Shown piece after piece: positions 38,963 through 46,438 of a stretch of DNA of 64,000 nt. The translations under genes and the position numbers were made by a program. Position 1 is the first letter of the stretch. Each line of letters starts with the position of its first letter. The notes below the pieces were generated by a model. The model made no database searches and was not told the origin of the DNA. It saw only the letters and a program-made list of their open reading frames with translations. Source of the stretch: Eubacteriales bacterium (lineage in GTDB: Bacteria; Bacillota; Clostridia; Oscillospirales; CAG-272); NCBI GenBank assembly GCA_045652135.1, contig JAZRTS010000055.1, positions 7,881 to 71,880 of the forward strand. Reading direction: 5' to 3'.

Positions 38963-40042
38963 TCATTTATCGTTACGTATTTTTTCTTTGTGTGCTTTTT
39001 TTCTCAAAAAGATATATCTTAAAAGAATAGAAAATCCGCAAATGAATATGCAGAAATAGAATGAAAGGAAACGCGCCAGAAGATCAAGGTGTACTGCCTG
39101 GCTTTTCGTCATTATAGAACAAAATCCGTTGATCGTTATAGAGTCGTAAATGCCAACGCCTCCGGGTACGGGAACGGTGTTTGCGCCGAGTACGGCATAT
39201 GCCTGTAAAAACCATATGTCAACGGCTTCTGAAAACGATTTTCCGATAGTAGCCATATATACGAACGAGCTGACCGCAATCTGTGATATGCGCTGCAAGA
39301 AATTCAACAGAAACGCAAGCCACATTATTTTTTTGTGACGGATAATTATCTTGATACATTTACGGTAATTGTCCATATGTGTATCTAATTTTTGCTGTCT
39401 TGCTTCTTCGTTTTTAAGGATACGTATTTTACAAAGAAGGTGTATACACCATTTGCATATACGGTGTAAAAGCTTTCTGTTAATGAGAAGCATAAGCAAG
39501 AACGAAGCAAGGAACAGCTGGCATACGAAGCCGACGGTGATAAAGATTCTTGCTGTTACACCGTACGACATGAAAATATCGAATTTGAATATGAAACAAA
39601 TAATTCCGATAGCCAGAACGGATATAGTATACATAAAAAGGTTAAGCAACAGCGCGGCGGTTGTCATTACCCCTGATATCCCGTCCTTGACCATAAAATA
39701 TGCGCTTGCGGGCTGACCGCCGGTGGCAGACGGTGTGACGGCTGAGAAATATATATCCGCTGCAGAATATATAAATCCGTGTCGGATTTTTGTTTTATAA
39801 CCGAAGCCGCGGCATATGACGGTCAAAGCCATACCCTCAAAAACGATGAACATCACCATACTTAAAACAGAGGTAAATATCCATTCGGGAGATGCCGTTC
39901 TTATATAAGTGAAAAATTCACCAAAGGAAAAGTCCTGGCTTACCCATATTATCAGAAATATGCTCAAGAGAGCTATCAGTACGAAAATAAGAGTAAACAG
40001 AACGTTTTTATTTTGAAATAGGCGCAATAATTTATTTTTCAT
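38963..40042 (-). CDS. UPF0104 / lysyl-PG-synthase-TM-region (flippase-like) membrane protein
   Basis: 359 aa, polytopic, with a 'VPVPGGVG' motif typical of this family. Confidence 0.78.
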   Translation of the reverse strand: MKNKLLRLFQNKNVLFTLIFVLIALLSIFLIIWVSQDFSFGEFFTYIRTASPEWIFTSVLSMVMFIVFEGMALTVICRGFGYKTKIRHGFIYSAADIYFSAVTPSATGGQPASAYFMVKDGISGVMTTAALLLNLFMYTISVLAIGIICFIFKFDIFMSYGVTARIFITVGFVCQLFLASFLLMLLINRKLLHRICKWCIHLLCKIRILKNEEARQQKLDTHMDNYRKCIKIIIRHKKIMWLAFLLNFLQRISQIAVSSFVYMATIGKSFSEAVDIWFLQAYAVLGANTVPVPGGVGIYDSITINGFCSIMTKSQAVHLDLLARFLSFYFCIFICGFSILLRYIFLRKKAHKEKIRNDK

Positions 40043-40055
40043 TTACAATGTTACC

Positions 40056-40721
40056 TTAAAGTTTAACTTGAGCTGAGAATCGGTTGAATATCTTCCACAC
40101 GGAGAAACGTTTTGAAATAAACGCTGATATTTCCACGAAAAGCACACCTGCAATTATATCTATAAAAAAGTGCTGTTTTACTAAAACCGTGGATGCAAAA
40201 ACGAAGATGGTGAGAATTAATTGAAGAACAGGGTACCACTTCGGTGAATTTTTCATCATAAGCGAACCGCGGAAGCACAGCCAACTCGTTACACAGTGCA
40301 TTGACGGAAACAGATTCACGGGTGTATCAAGAGTATAAATAAGTTTAGTTATGTTGTCAAAAATACTGTTTCCGACTATTTCGGGACGTACGATAGACGT
40401 TGGTATTGCTAAAAAGCATATCATGCCGAATATGTTTGCGATAACGTCAGTGGTAAGAATATGATAGCACGCATCTTTATCGGCGTGGCAGTGATATACG
40501 TATGAAAAAAACCACTGTATGTATGCCAGAACGTAAAACAGTATGAAGAACGGCACGAACGGTATGACATCGTCAATAGGAAGTGAAAGGTCGTAGTGCG
40601 TATGGTCTTCTGTTACGAGCTTTGTGAAAAAGTACTGTGAATATCGGAATATGATGGTTATGGCAAGCGGAATGATCGCATATTCAGGCAGTATATAATA
40701 TATCCGTTTTTTAAATCCCAT
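40056..40721 (-). CDS. PAP2-superfamily membrane protein (Aur1 / sphingomyelin-synthase-like head-group transferase type)
   Basis: Polytopic, with 'FPSMHCVTSW' and 'KQHFFIDIIAG' resembling the SxH and HxxxD motifs of PAP2_3/PAP2_C proteins. Confidence 0.7.
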   Translation of the reverse strand: MGFKKRIYYILPEYAIIPLAITIIFRYSQYFFTKLVTEDHTHYDLSLPIDDVIPFVPFFILFYVLAYIQWFFSYVYHCHADKDACYHILTTDVIANIFGMICFLAIPTSIVRPEIVGNSIFDNITKLIYTLDTPVNLFPSMHCVTSWLCFRGSLMMKNSPKWYPVLQLILTIFVFASTVLVKQHFFIDIIAGVLFVEISAFISKRFSVWKIFNRFSAQVKL

Positions 40722-40770
40722 ACGTTCACCCGCTTTCTTTAGAGAGTATCATTAAATGATTAACTATAAT

Positions 40771-40799
40771 ATAATACCATATATAATGTGAAAATTCAA
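40771..40799 (-). promoter_or_regulatory. candidate promoter of the PAP2-UPF0104-psd operon
   Basis: Minus strand reads TTGAAT-17 nt-TATTAT, about 50 nt upstream of the ATG. Confidence 0.4.
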
Positions 40800-40834
40800 T
40801 AGAAAATATGCAATTTGCGTTATACAAATATTTC

Positions 40835-40873
40835 AAAACAAAAATCCCCCCCGTTTGTGATGAACGGGGGGAT
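40835..40873 (-). terminator. terminator after pheA
   Basis: ATCCCCCCCGTT/AACGGGGGGAT stem followed on the minus strand by TTTTTGTTTT. Confidence 0.75.
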
Positions 40874-40882
40874 AAATGAACG

Positions 40883-42025
40883 TTATATTATTTCCGAATA
40901 ACTGCCGAGATATTTGAAGTCCTCGCACATAACGTCAAGTTCGCTCATGAGATGAGCAAATTCGGCGGAATATACTGACGTTTCAAGATCAAAATAGAAC
41001 ATAAATTCGAAATCGCGCTCAGGTAATGGACGGCTTTCGAGTTTGATAAGGTTTATACCGAGTGAATAAAATCTTGCAAGTACACGGTAAAGCGCACCGG
41101 GCTTATGAGGAAGTATCATCATAACAGATGTTTTATCAGCGCCGGGGTAAATTTCAAGATTTTTTGAAATACAAATAAATCTCGTGTGATTGTTACCTGC
41201 ATCCTGAACGCTGCTTTTTAGCGTGTTGAGTCCGTACAGTTCAGCGCAGTATCTTGACGAAAGCGCGGCGATGTCGCGTCTTTCACTGTTTGCAACGGTT
41301 TGCGCCGCAACTGCTGTGTTTTCGCACGTCGTTATCTTGATGCCGTGTAACGTTTTGAGAAATTCCGAGCACTGCGCAATAGCCTGTTCCTGCGATATAA
41401 TTTCTTTTATTTCGGAAAGCTCAACTCCCGGTTTAGCAAGGAGGCTGTGGTCAATTTTAATTCTTGTACTGCGTACGATGTGGAAGTTTCTGTTTATCAT
41501 AAGGTCATAGACCTTGTTTACGGAACCTGCCGTGCTGTTTTCAATAGGGAGTACGCCGTATTTGCACATACCTTTTTCGATAGCCGTAAATACGTGCTCA
41601 AATGTTGAGCAGTACATAATTTTACTGTCACGGAACAGCTTGTCGCACGCGATCTGAGAATATGCTCCTTCCGTGCCTTGACAGGCAACTATGGGAGATT
41701 TCGGGAACAGCTTATCGGTGTTGTCTATTGCATCCATTATATCGGTATACAATTCGCTTTTCTTGGCAAGTATGCCTCCTTGATATGAACGGCTTAACTC
41801 AAACATAAGCGAGTAAAGGACACGTACGTAGTCTTTCATATCATCTTCCGCCATATCGCTTACTGCGGCGAGCTTTTCTCTTTCGCGCAGCGCATCGAGA
41901 ACGGGCAGAGAATTGATCTTCTTGTATTCTGCTATATCTTTTGCTGTTTCCATTCTTTTTTGGAAAAGTTCAATGAGCTGTGCATCTATTTCGTCTATGT
42001 TTTTACGAAGTTCCTTGATGTCCAT
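40883..42025 (-). CDS. pheA: bifunctional chorismate mutase / prephenate dehydratase
   Basis: N-terminal CM_2 helix region, PDT domain 'IVACQGTEGAYS' and a C-terminal ACT domain. Confidence 0.92.
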   Translation of the reverse strand: MDIKELRKNIDEIDAQLIELFQKRMETAKDIAEYKKINSLPVLDALREREKLAAVSDMAEDDMKDYVRVLYSLMFELSRSYQGGILAKKSELYTDIMDAIDNTDKLFPKSPIVACQGTEGAYSQIACDKLFRDSKIMYCSTFEHVFTAIEKGMCKYGVLPIENSTAGSVNKVYDLMINRNFHIVRSTRIKIDHSLLAKPGVELSEIKEIISQEQAIAQCSEFLKTLHGIKITTCENTAVAAQTVANSERRDIAALSSRYCAELYGLNTLKSSVQDAGNNHTRFICISKNLEIYPGADKTSVMMILPHKPGALYRVLARFYSLGINLIKLESRPLPERDFEFMFYFDLETSVYSAEFAHLMSELDVMCEDFKYLGSYSEII

Positions 42026-42031
42026 TTTCTT

Positions 42032-43033
42032 TTACTCCATTATTTCTCTTATTTTGCGCACTTTGTCCGCGACATCGGCAAACTGCTCAGGCGTGAGTGA
42101 CTGCGCACCGTCGCACCAAGCGTGCATGGGATCATTGTGAACCTCTATCATTATACCGTCAGCACCTGCGGCGGCTGCGGCAAGTGCCATCGGCTTTACG
42201 AGCTTTGATATGCCCGTTGCGTGGCTGGGATCGACTATGACGGGGAGATGCGAAAGCTCCTTGAGAAGCGGAACCGCCGCCAAGTCAAGTGTGTTTCTTG
42301 TGTATGTTTCGTACGTTCTGATTCCTCTTTCGCAAAGGATTATGTTGCAGTTTCCGGCTGACATAATGTATTCCGCACTCATAAGAAGTTCTTTCATAGT
42401 GTTGGCAAGTCCGCGCTTGAGGAGAATGGTCTTGTTCGTCTTGCCGAGCTCTTTAAGAAGCTCGAAGTTCTGCATATTACGTGCTCCGACCTGAATAACG
42501 TCAACCTCCTCAAAAAGCGGAAGGTGGTTGCTGTTCATAATTTCCGTGACAATAGGCATTCCCGTTGCGCGCTTTGCCTCTATAAGAAGCTCAATGCCGG
42601 TTGATTTCAAACCCTGAAAATCATAAGGAGAGGTTCTCGGCTTGAATGCGCCGCCGCGCAAAAGTCCGGCACCGGCCGCTTTTACGCTTTCGGCAACGGA
42701 AATTATCTGTTCACGGGATTCGACAGAGCAGGGCCCTGCTATCATTGCAAAATTGCCCCCGCCTATTTTTATTCCTCCGATATCAATGACTGTGTCATCG
42801 GGGTGAAATTTTTTACTGCATTGTTTAAACGGCTCGCTTACCTTTTTTACGCTTTCGACGATATCCAGGCTTGCGATAAGATCTATATCAATGTTTGACG
42901 TATCGCCTATAAGTCCGATGACAGTATAGTTGTGTCCCTCGGAAATATGAACATCAATATTCTGAATCTTAAGCCACTGTACGAGAGTGTCCATCTGCTC
43001 GTGTGTAGTACCTTTTTTGAGAACCGCAATCAT
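42032..43033 (-). CDS. aroF: 3-deoxy-7-phosphoheptulonate (DAHP) synthase, type I-beta with N-terminal regulatory domain
   Basis: 'GPCSVES', 'RGGAFKPRTSPY' and 'DPSHA' motifs. Confidence 0.92.
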   Translation of the reverse strand: MIAVLKKGTTHEQMDTLVQWLKIQNIDVHISEGHNYTVIGLIGDTSNIDIDLIASLDIVESVKKVSEPFKQCSKKFHPDDTVIDIGGIKIGGGNFAMIAGPCSVESREQIISVAESVKAAGAGLLRGGAFKPRTSPYDFQGLKSTGIELLIEAKRATGMPIVTEIMNSNHLPLFEEVDVIQVGARNMQNFELLKELGKTNKTILLKRGLANTMKELLMSAEYIMSAGNCNIILCERGIRTYETYTRNTLDLAAVPLLKELSHLPVIVDPSHATGISKLVKPMALAAAAAGADGIMIEVHNDPMHAWCDGAQSLTPEQFADVADKVRKIREIME

Positions 43034-43063
43034 TTTAATATATCTCCCTTTGAAAAATTACAT

Positions 43064-43089
43064 AAAAAACGGCACGAATCTTCGTGCCG
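43064..43089 (-). terminator. attenuator terminator in the aroF leader
   Basis: CGGCACGA-agat-TCGTGCCG followed by TTTTTT, located between the leader ORF and the aroF RBS. Confidence 0.65.
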
Positions 43090-43123
43090 CTAAAACCCTT
43101 AATTATATATTGGGATGAAAAAT

Positions 43124-43213
43124 TCAGCAACACAAAGAACTATTACCTCTAAAGCAAAAGCAAAAGTAATAGTAAAAGTATGTAGCTGTAAAGCAAAACT
43201 TTTTCATTTTCAT
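43124..43213 (-). CDS. candidate Phe/Tyr-rich leader peptide (29 codons)
   Basis: MKMKKFCFTATYFYYYFCFCFRGNSSLCC. AGGGG lies 4 nt upstream of the ATG. Not in the ORF track because it is shorter than 60 aa. Confidence 0.55.
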   Translation of the reverse strand: MKMKKFCFTATYFYYYFCFCFRGNSSLCC

Positions 43214-43359
43214 ATAACCCCTATTAGTTCTGTAACGATAATAACACAACAAATCACAAATAATAAGAATTTTTTTTGTTTATTTGGTAAACTTTAAATT
43301 TATTTTACTGAATTTGAAAAAATAATTTCAGTTTTTCAGATTTATTTTTTCTAAAAGTA

Positions 43360-43388
43360 TTGACAAGATGAAAGTTTTGTGGTAATAT
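43360..43388 (+). promoter_or_regulatory. consensus sigma-A promoter of tRNA-Lys
   Basis: TTGACA-17 nt-TAATAT with a TGG extended -10, 24 nt upstream of the tRNA 5' end. Confidence 0.75.
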
Positions 43389-43411
43389 AAACAACGTTGT
43401 GAAAACAACAC

Positions 43412-43487
43412 GATCCATTAGCTCAGAAGGTAGAGCACTTGACTTTTAATCAAGGTGTCCGGAGTTCGACTCTCCGATGGATCACCA
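43412..43487 (+). tRNA. tRNA-Lys (anticodon UUU), CCA encoded
   Basis: Hand-folded cloverleaf: acceptor GATCCAT/ATGGATC, D arm GCTC/GAGC, anticodon arm CTTGA-CTTTTAA-TCAAG, T arm CGGAG-TTCGACT-CTCCG, discriminator A, CCA. Confidence 0.95.
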
Positions 43488-43490
43488 GAA

Positions 43491-43519
43491 AAGCGACAAG
43501 GTTTTCTTGTCGCTTTTTT
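43491..43519 (+). terminator. terminator after tRNA-Lys
   Basis: AAGCGACAAG-gtttt-CTTGTCGCTT followed by TTTT. Confidence 0.8.
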
Positions 43520-43523
43520 AATT

Positions 43524-43670
43524 AAATTCGTTCTTCGAACAATGAAATATTGCTTCGCAATACGAAATACGCTTTGCGTATGAAATGTGCTTACGGCACG
43601 TTAAAGAACGAATTTTATTTCATCTGAAGCTGTTAGGCTGAAGATTTCATCCTGCAACGCAGGATTTCAT
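43524..43670. repeat. heptamer/palindrome array enclosed by a 12-bp inverted repeat
   Basis: ATGAAAT/ACGAAAT x3 in forward orientation, ATTTCAT x3 in reverse, alternating with short palindromes. Outer inverted repeat AAATTCGTTCTT (43524-35) / AAGAACGAATTT (43604-15). Confidence 0.6.
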
Positions 43671-43692
43671 TTCTTTATACACAATTTCCTCA

Positions 43693-43721
43693 TTGACAAA
43701 ACCTACATATTGTATTACAAT
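43693..43721 (+). promoter_or_regulatory. sigma-A promoter of the serine hydrolase gene
   Basis: TTGACA-17 nt-TACAAT. Confidence 0.65.
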
Positions 43722-43747
43722 ATATTCAAAAGCAGGGGAGAACGAAA

Positions 43748-44866
43748 ATGAAGCGTATAAATGAAATAAAATTAAAAGAAAACATTGAAAAAAGAATAAA
43801 TTCAGATATTGAAAAAAATCTTGTCGGCGGTGCGTGCGTTCTTGTAAAACAAAACGGTGTGACCGTATATGAAAACGCATTCGGTGTCAAAGACCATAAC
43901 ACGAACGAGCCTTTGCAAATGGATGCCGTTTTCAGACTTGCATCAATGACGAAACCCGTAACGGCAGTAGCTGTGCTTATACAGGTATCAAGAGGAATTA
44001 TCGGACTTTACGATCCGATTGAAAAATATTTGCCGTCATACGGTGAAATGGATATAGGCAAGCTTGACGAAAACGGAAACATCGTCAAGGTCGGTAAGGC
44101 GAAAAATAAGCTTCGTGTGATACATTTTCTGACACATTCAAGCGGTGTAGGCACACACGACGTAGGCGATAAATTTATATCAACGATGCCAAAAGAGAAG
44201 TTTTCAAGCTTAAAGGACGTTGTTGACTATCACGCAGACTGTCCTCTTGCATTTGAGCCGAACTCCTCGCAGTATTACAGTCCGCTTGTAGGCTTTGACG
44301 TGCTTGCAAGAATAGTTGAAATATCATCGGGAATGTCGTATGATAAATTCTTGGAAAAAGAAATTTTCACACCGCTCGGTATGTCTGAAACGACGTACGA
44401 GCCGTCAGAGGAGCTTTGTGAAAGAATGGTGTCGATACACGACAGAGTAGACGGCAAGAGCGTATCCGTTGACAGAAAAAGCGCACACAGAAAGTTTCAT
44501 TTCAGTGGCGGTGCCGGTCTTGTGTCAACGATTTACGACTATTCGAAATTTGCGGAAATGCTGTTGAACGGCGGACTTTTACCCGATGAGCTTATGTTTG
44601 CGATGACTCGCCCCCAGCTTCCGTATCACGTAATGCCGGGCAATCAGATATGGGGACTCGGTATGAGAGTTATAACGGACGACAGCTACAAGCTTCTTCC
44701 GAAAGGCTCGTTCGGCTGGAGCGGCGCGCATGGCACGCACTTTTGGGTAGATCCTGCTAACAAAATAACCGCGGTATATATGAAAAATTCAAGACACGAC
44801 GGCGGCGCGGGTGCGGTTACCGCAAACAATTTTGAAGAAGACGTAACAGCATCGCTTGAGGATTGA
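43748..44866 (+). CDS. serine hydrolase (beta-lactamase / PBP4*-like, class C fold)
   Basis: S-x-x-K motif 'ASMTKP'. 372 aa with no signal peptide seen. GGGGAG RBS. Confidence 0.85.
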   Translation: MKRINEIKLKENIEKRINSDIEKNLVGGACVLVKQNGVTVYENAFGVKDHNTNEPLQMDAVFRLASMTKPVTAVAVLIQVSRGIIGLYDPIEKYLPSYGEMDIGKLDENGNIVKVGKAKNKLRVIHFLTHSSGVGTHDVGDKFISTMPKEKFSSLKDVVDYHADCPLAFEPNSSQYYSPLVGFDVLARIVEISSGMSYDKFLEKEIFTPLGMSETTYEPSEELCERMVSIHDRVDGKSVSVDRKSAHRKFHFSGGAGLVSTIYDYSKFAEMLLNGGLLPDELMFAMTRPQLPYHVMPGNQIWGLGMRVITDDSYKLLPKGSFGWSGAHGTHFWVDPANKITAVYMKNSRHDGGAGAVTANNFEEDVTASLED

Positions 44867-44980
44867 ATAAGACTGTTTAAATTATAATTTTAAATTTATA
44901 ACTATCTTTTACATTTCTGTTGCACCTCTCGCTCACTCGGCGGAGGCGCAGATTTCCTGTTGAAATCTATTTTTAAAGTA

Positions 44981-45029
44981 AAAAACGCTGTGAGCTTTAT
45001 CCTTTTGGATTTGGCTACAGCGTTTTTTT
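44981..45029. terminator. bidirectional terminator
   Basis: ACGCTGT(G)AGC / GCTACAGCGT stem with an A-run upstream and a T7 run downstream. Confidence 0.6.
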
Positions 45030-45035
45030 GATTGT

Positions 45036-45170
45036 TTATTTTGAAAATTCCGAAATCATATTTTTAAGCGCATCAGAAAAATCAACGGGGTTATCGTATT
45101 TCGGTGAATGACCGCATCCGTCTATAAGAACAAAGTCCTTTTCAAGAGCTGAACCGTAATCTTTGGCGCC
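45036..45170 (-). pseudogene. 3' remnant of an alpha/beta-hydrolase gene (44 codons)
   Basis: Translates to 'GAKDYGSALEKDFVLIDGCGHSPKYDNPVDFSDALKNMISEFSK*', the catalytic-His C-terminus of an alpha/beta hydrolase. A TAA closes the frame immediately upstream, and no N-terminal part is present. Confidence 0.6.
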
Positions 45171-45187
45171 TTAGTTTTAAAATTGTT

Positions 45188-45889
45188 TTATTTCAGCTCG
45201 TAACCGCAGAATTTAATGGCGGCTTTTGCAAGCTCGGTCGTTGAATCGATAACGGGATTTTGTATTCCGAGAAGCTCCGTGGCGATGGGAAGCTCCGTAC
45301 AGCCGAGGATGAAATAGTCAGCACCTCGTTCGGACAGCCCGTTTATAACCGTCATCATATCGTCGCGGTAACTTTCTGCAGGCGCATTTGCCTTTACACC
45401 GTCATAGATTACACGCATAACGGCTTCTTGTTCTTTATCGTTGGGCGTGATAAAATCCACACCAAATTCCGAAAGTATGTTATCGTAAAGCTTTGAGGAA
45501 ATTGTACCGTTAGTCGCAAGTATTGCGGCTTTTTTGTTCGGAAATTTTTCAAGTGATGCTTCAGCAGTTGCCGTCAACATACTGATGAACGGTACATCCG
45601 TGAGCTTTTGTAACTTCGGTAAAAAGAAATGAGCTGTATTGCAAGTCATTATAATGCAGTCCGCGCCGCATTGTTCAAGCTTTTTCACAGAATCTGCCAT
45701 TTGGGGAACAGGATCTTTACCGCCTGACAAAATGGCGGCAGTTCTGTCGGGAATATACGGATTGTTGTCAATGAATATCCGTATATGCTCGGTATCGCGT
45801 TCAGCTTTTGTCAGGTTAACGATCTTTGTGAAGATGTCGGTTGTTGCCAACGGCCCCATCCCACCTAAGATGCCGATGCTTTTTTTCAT
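45188..45889 (-). CDS. aspartate/glutamate racemase family protein (aspartate racemase-like)
   Basis: 'GGMGP', 'CNTAHFF' and 'GCTELP' motifs. Confidence 0.88.
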   Translation of the reverse strand: MKKSIGILGGMGPLATTDIFTKIVNLTKAERDTEHIRIFIDNNPYIPDRTAAILSGGKDPVPQMADSVKKLEQCGADCIIMTCNTAHFFLPKLQKLTDVPFISMLTATAEASLEKFPNKKAAILATNGTISSKLYDNILSEFGVDFITPNDKEQEAVMRVIYDGVKANAPAESYRDDMMTVINGLSERGADYFILGCTELPIATELLGIQNPVIDSTTELAKAAIKFCGYELK

Positions 45890-46001
45890 ATTTTACCTCA
45901 TTGTATTCATTAAACATCACATTATATCATATAAATGATGAACAAGTCAAGAATTTTGAAGTGTTGCATATAATAAAATGAGATCTTTTGAAGGAGGAAA
46001 T

Positions 46002-46427
46002 ATGACAAATAATACAAATTTCGGTTATCTCGGCGTTACGGTGACGACGGCGCTCGATGCAATACCCGTACAAGGTGCAACGGTTACCGTATCACGGTTT
46101 GAAAACGGTACGGACGTACCCGTCAAAATACTTACAACGAACTCGGACGGCAAGACGGATATAATCATACTTCCGACACCGCCGAGGGAAAACTCACTTA
46201 CACCGAATCCCACAGGACCTTCGTATTCCGTTTATAACGTTCGGGTAGATAAGGAAGGATTTTATACGCAGAACAGTCTGAACGTGCCTATTTTTACCGG
46301 TATAACTTCGATTCAGCCGATGAGACTTATACCGCTTGTCTACGGTCAGTTTGGAAACGGACAGCCGGAAAGAATACCTTATTCGGAGCTGACAAGTGAA
46401 AGCCAGACGGGCGAAAACTTGCGGTAA
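46002..46427 (+). CDS. carboxypeptidase-regulatory-like (beta-sandwich) domain protein
   Basis: 'GATVTV...TTNSDGKTDI' signature. AAGGAGG RBS before ATG 46002. Confidence 0.7.
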   Translation: MTNNTNFGYLGVTVTTALDAIPVQGATVTVSRFENGTDVPVKILTTNSDGKTDIIILPTPPRENSLTPNPTGPSYSVYNVRVDKEGFYTQNSLNVPIFTGITSIQPMRLIPLVYGQFGNGQPERIPYSELTSESQTGENLR

Positions 46428-46438
46428 GGTGGGCAGAT

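Noticed and set aside
43115-43297. 60-aa plus-strand ORF in the aroF upstream region.
   Set aside because: It has no RBS and is Lys/Ala/Val repetitive because it mirrors the TTT/TGC/TAC-rich leader ORF. The minus-strand leader-plus-terminator reading explains the region better.
43524-43615. Cloverleaf-like fold next to tRNA-Lys, considered as a tRNA pseudogene or tRNA-like element.
   Set aside because: It has a 12-bp closing stem and 3-5-nt loops. It lacks a T-loop (TTCGA/GTTC context), D-loop and anticodon-loop geometry. It is kept only as an unexplained repeat or structure.
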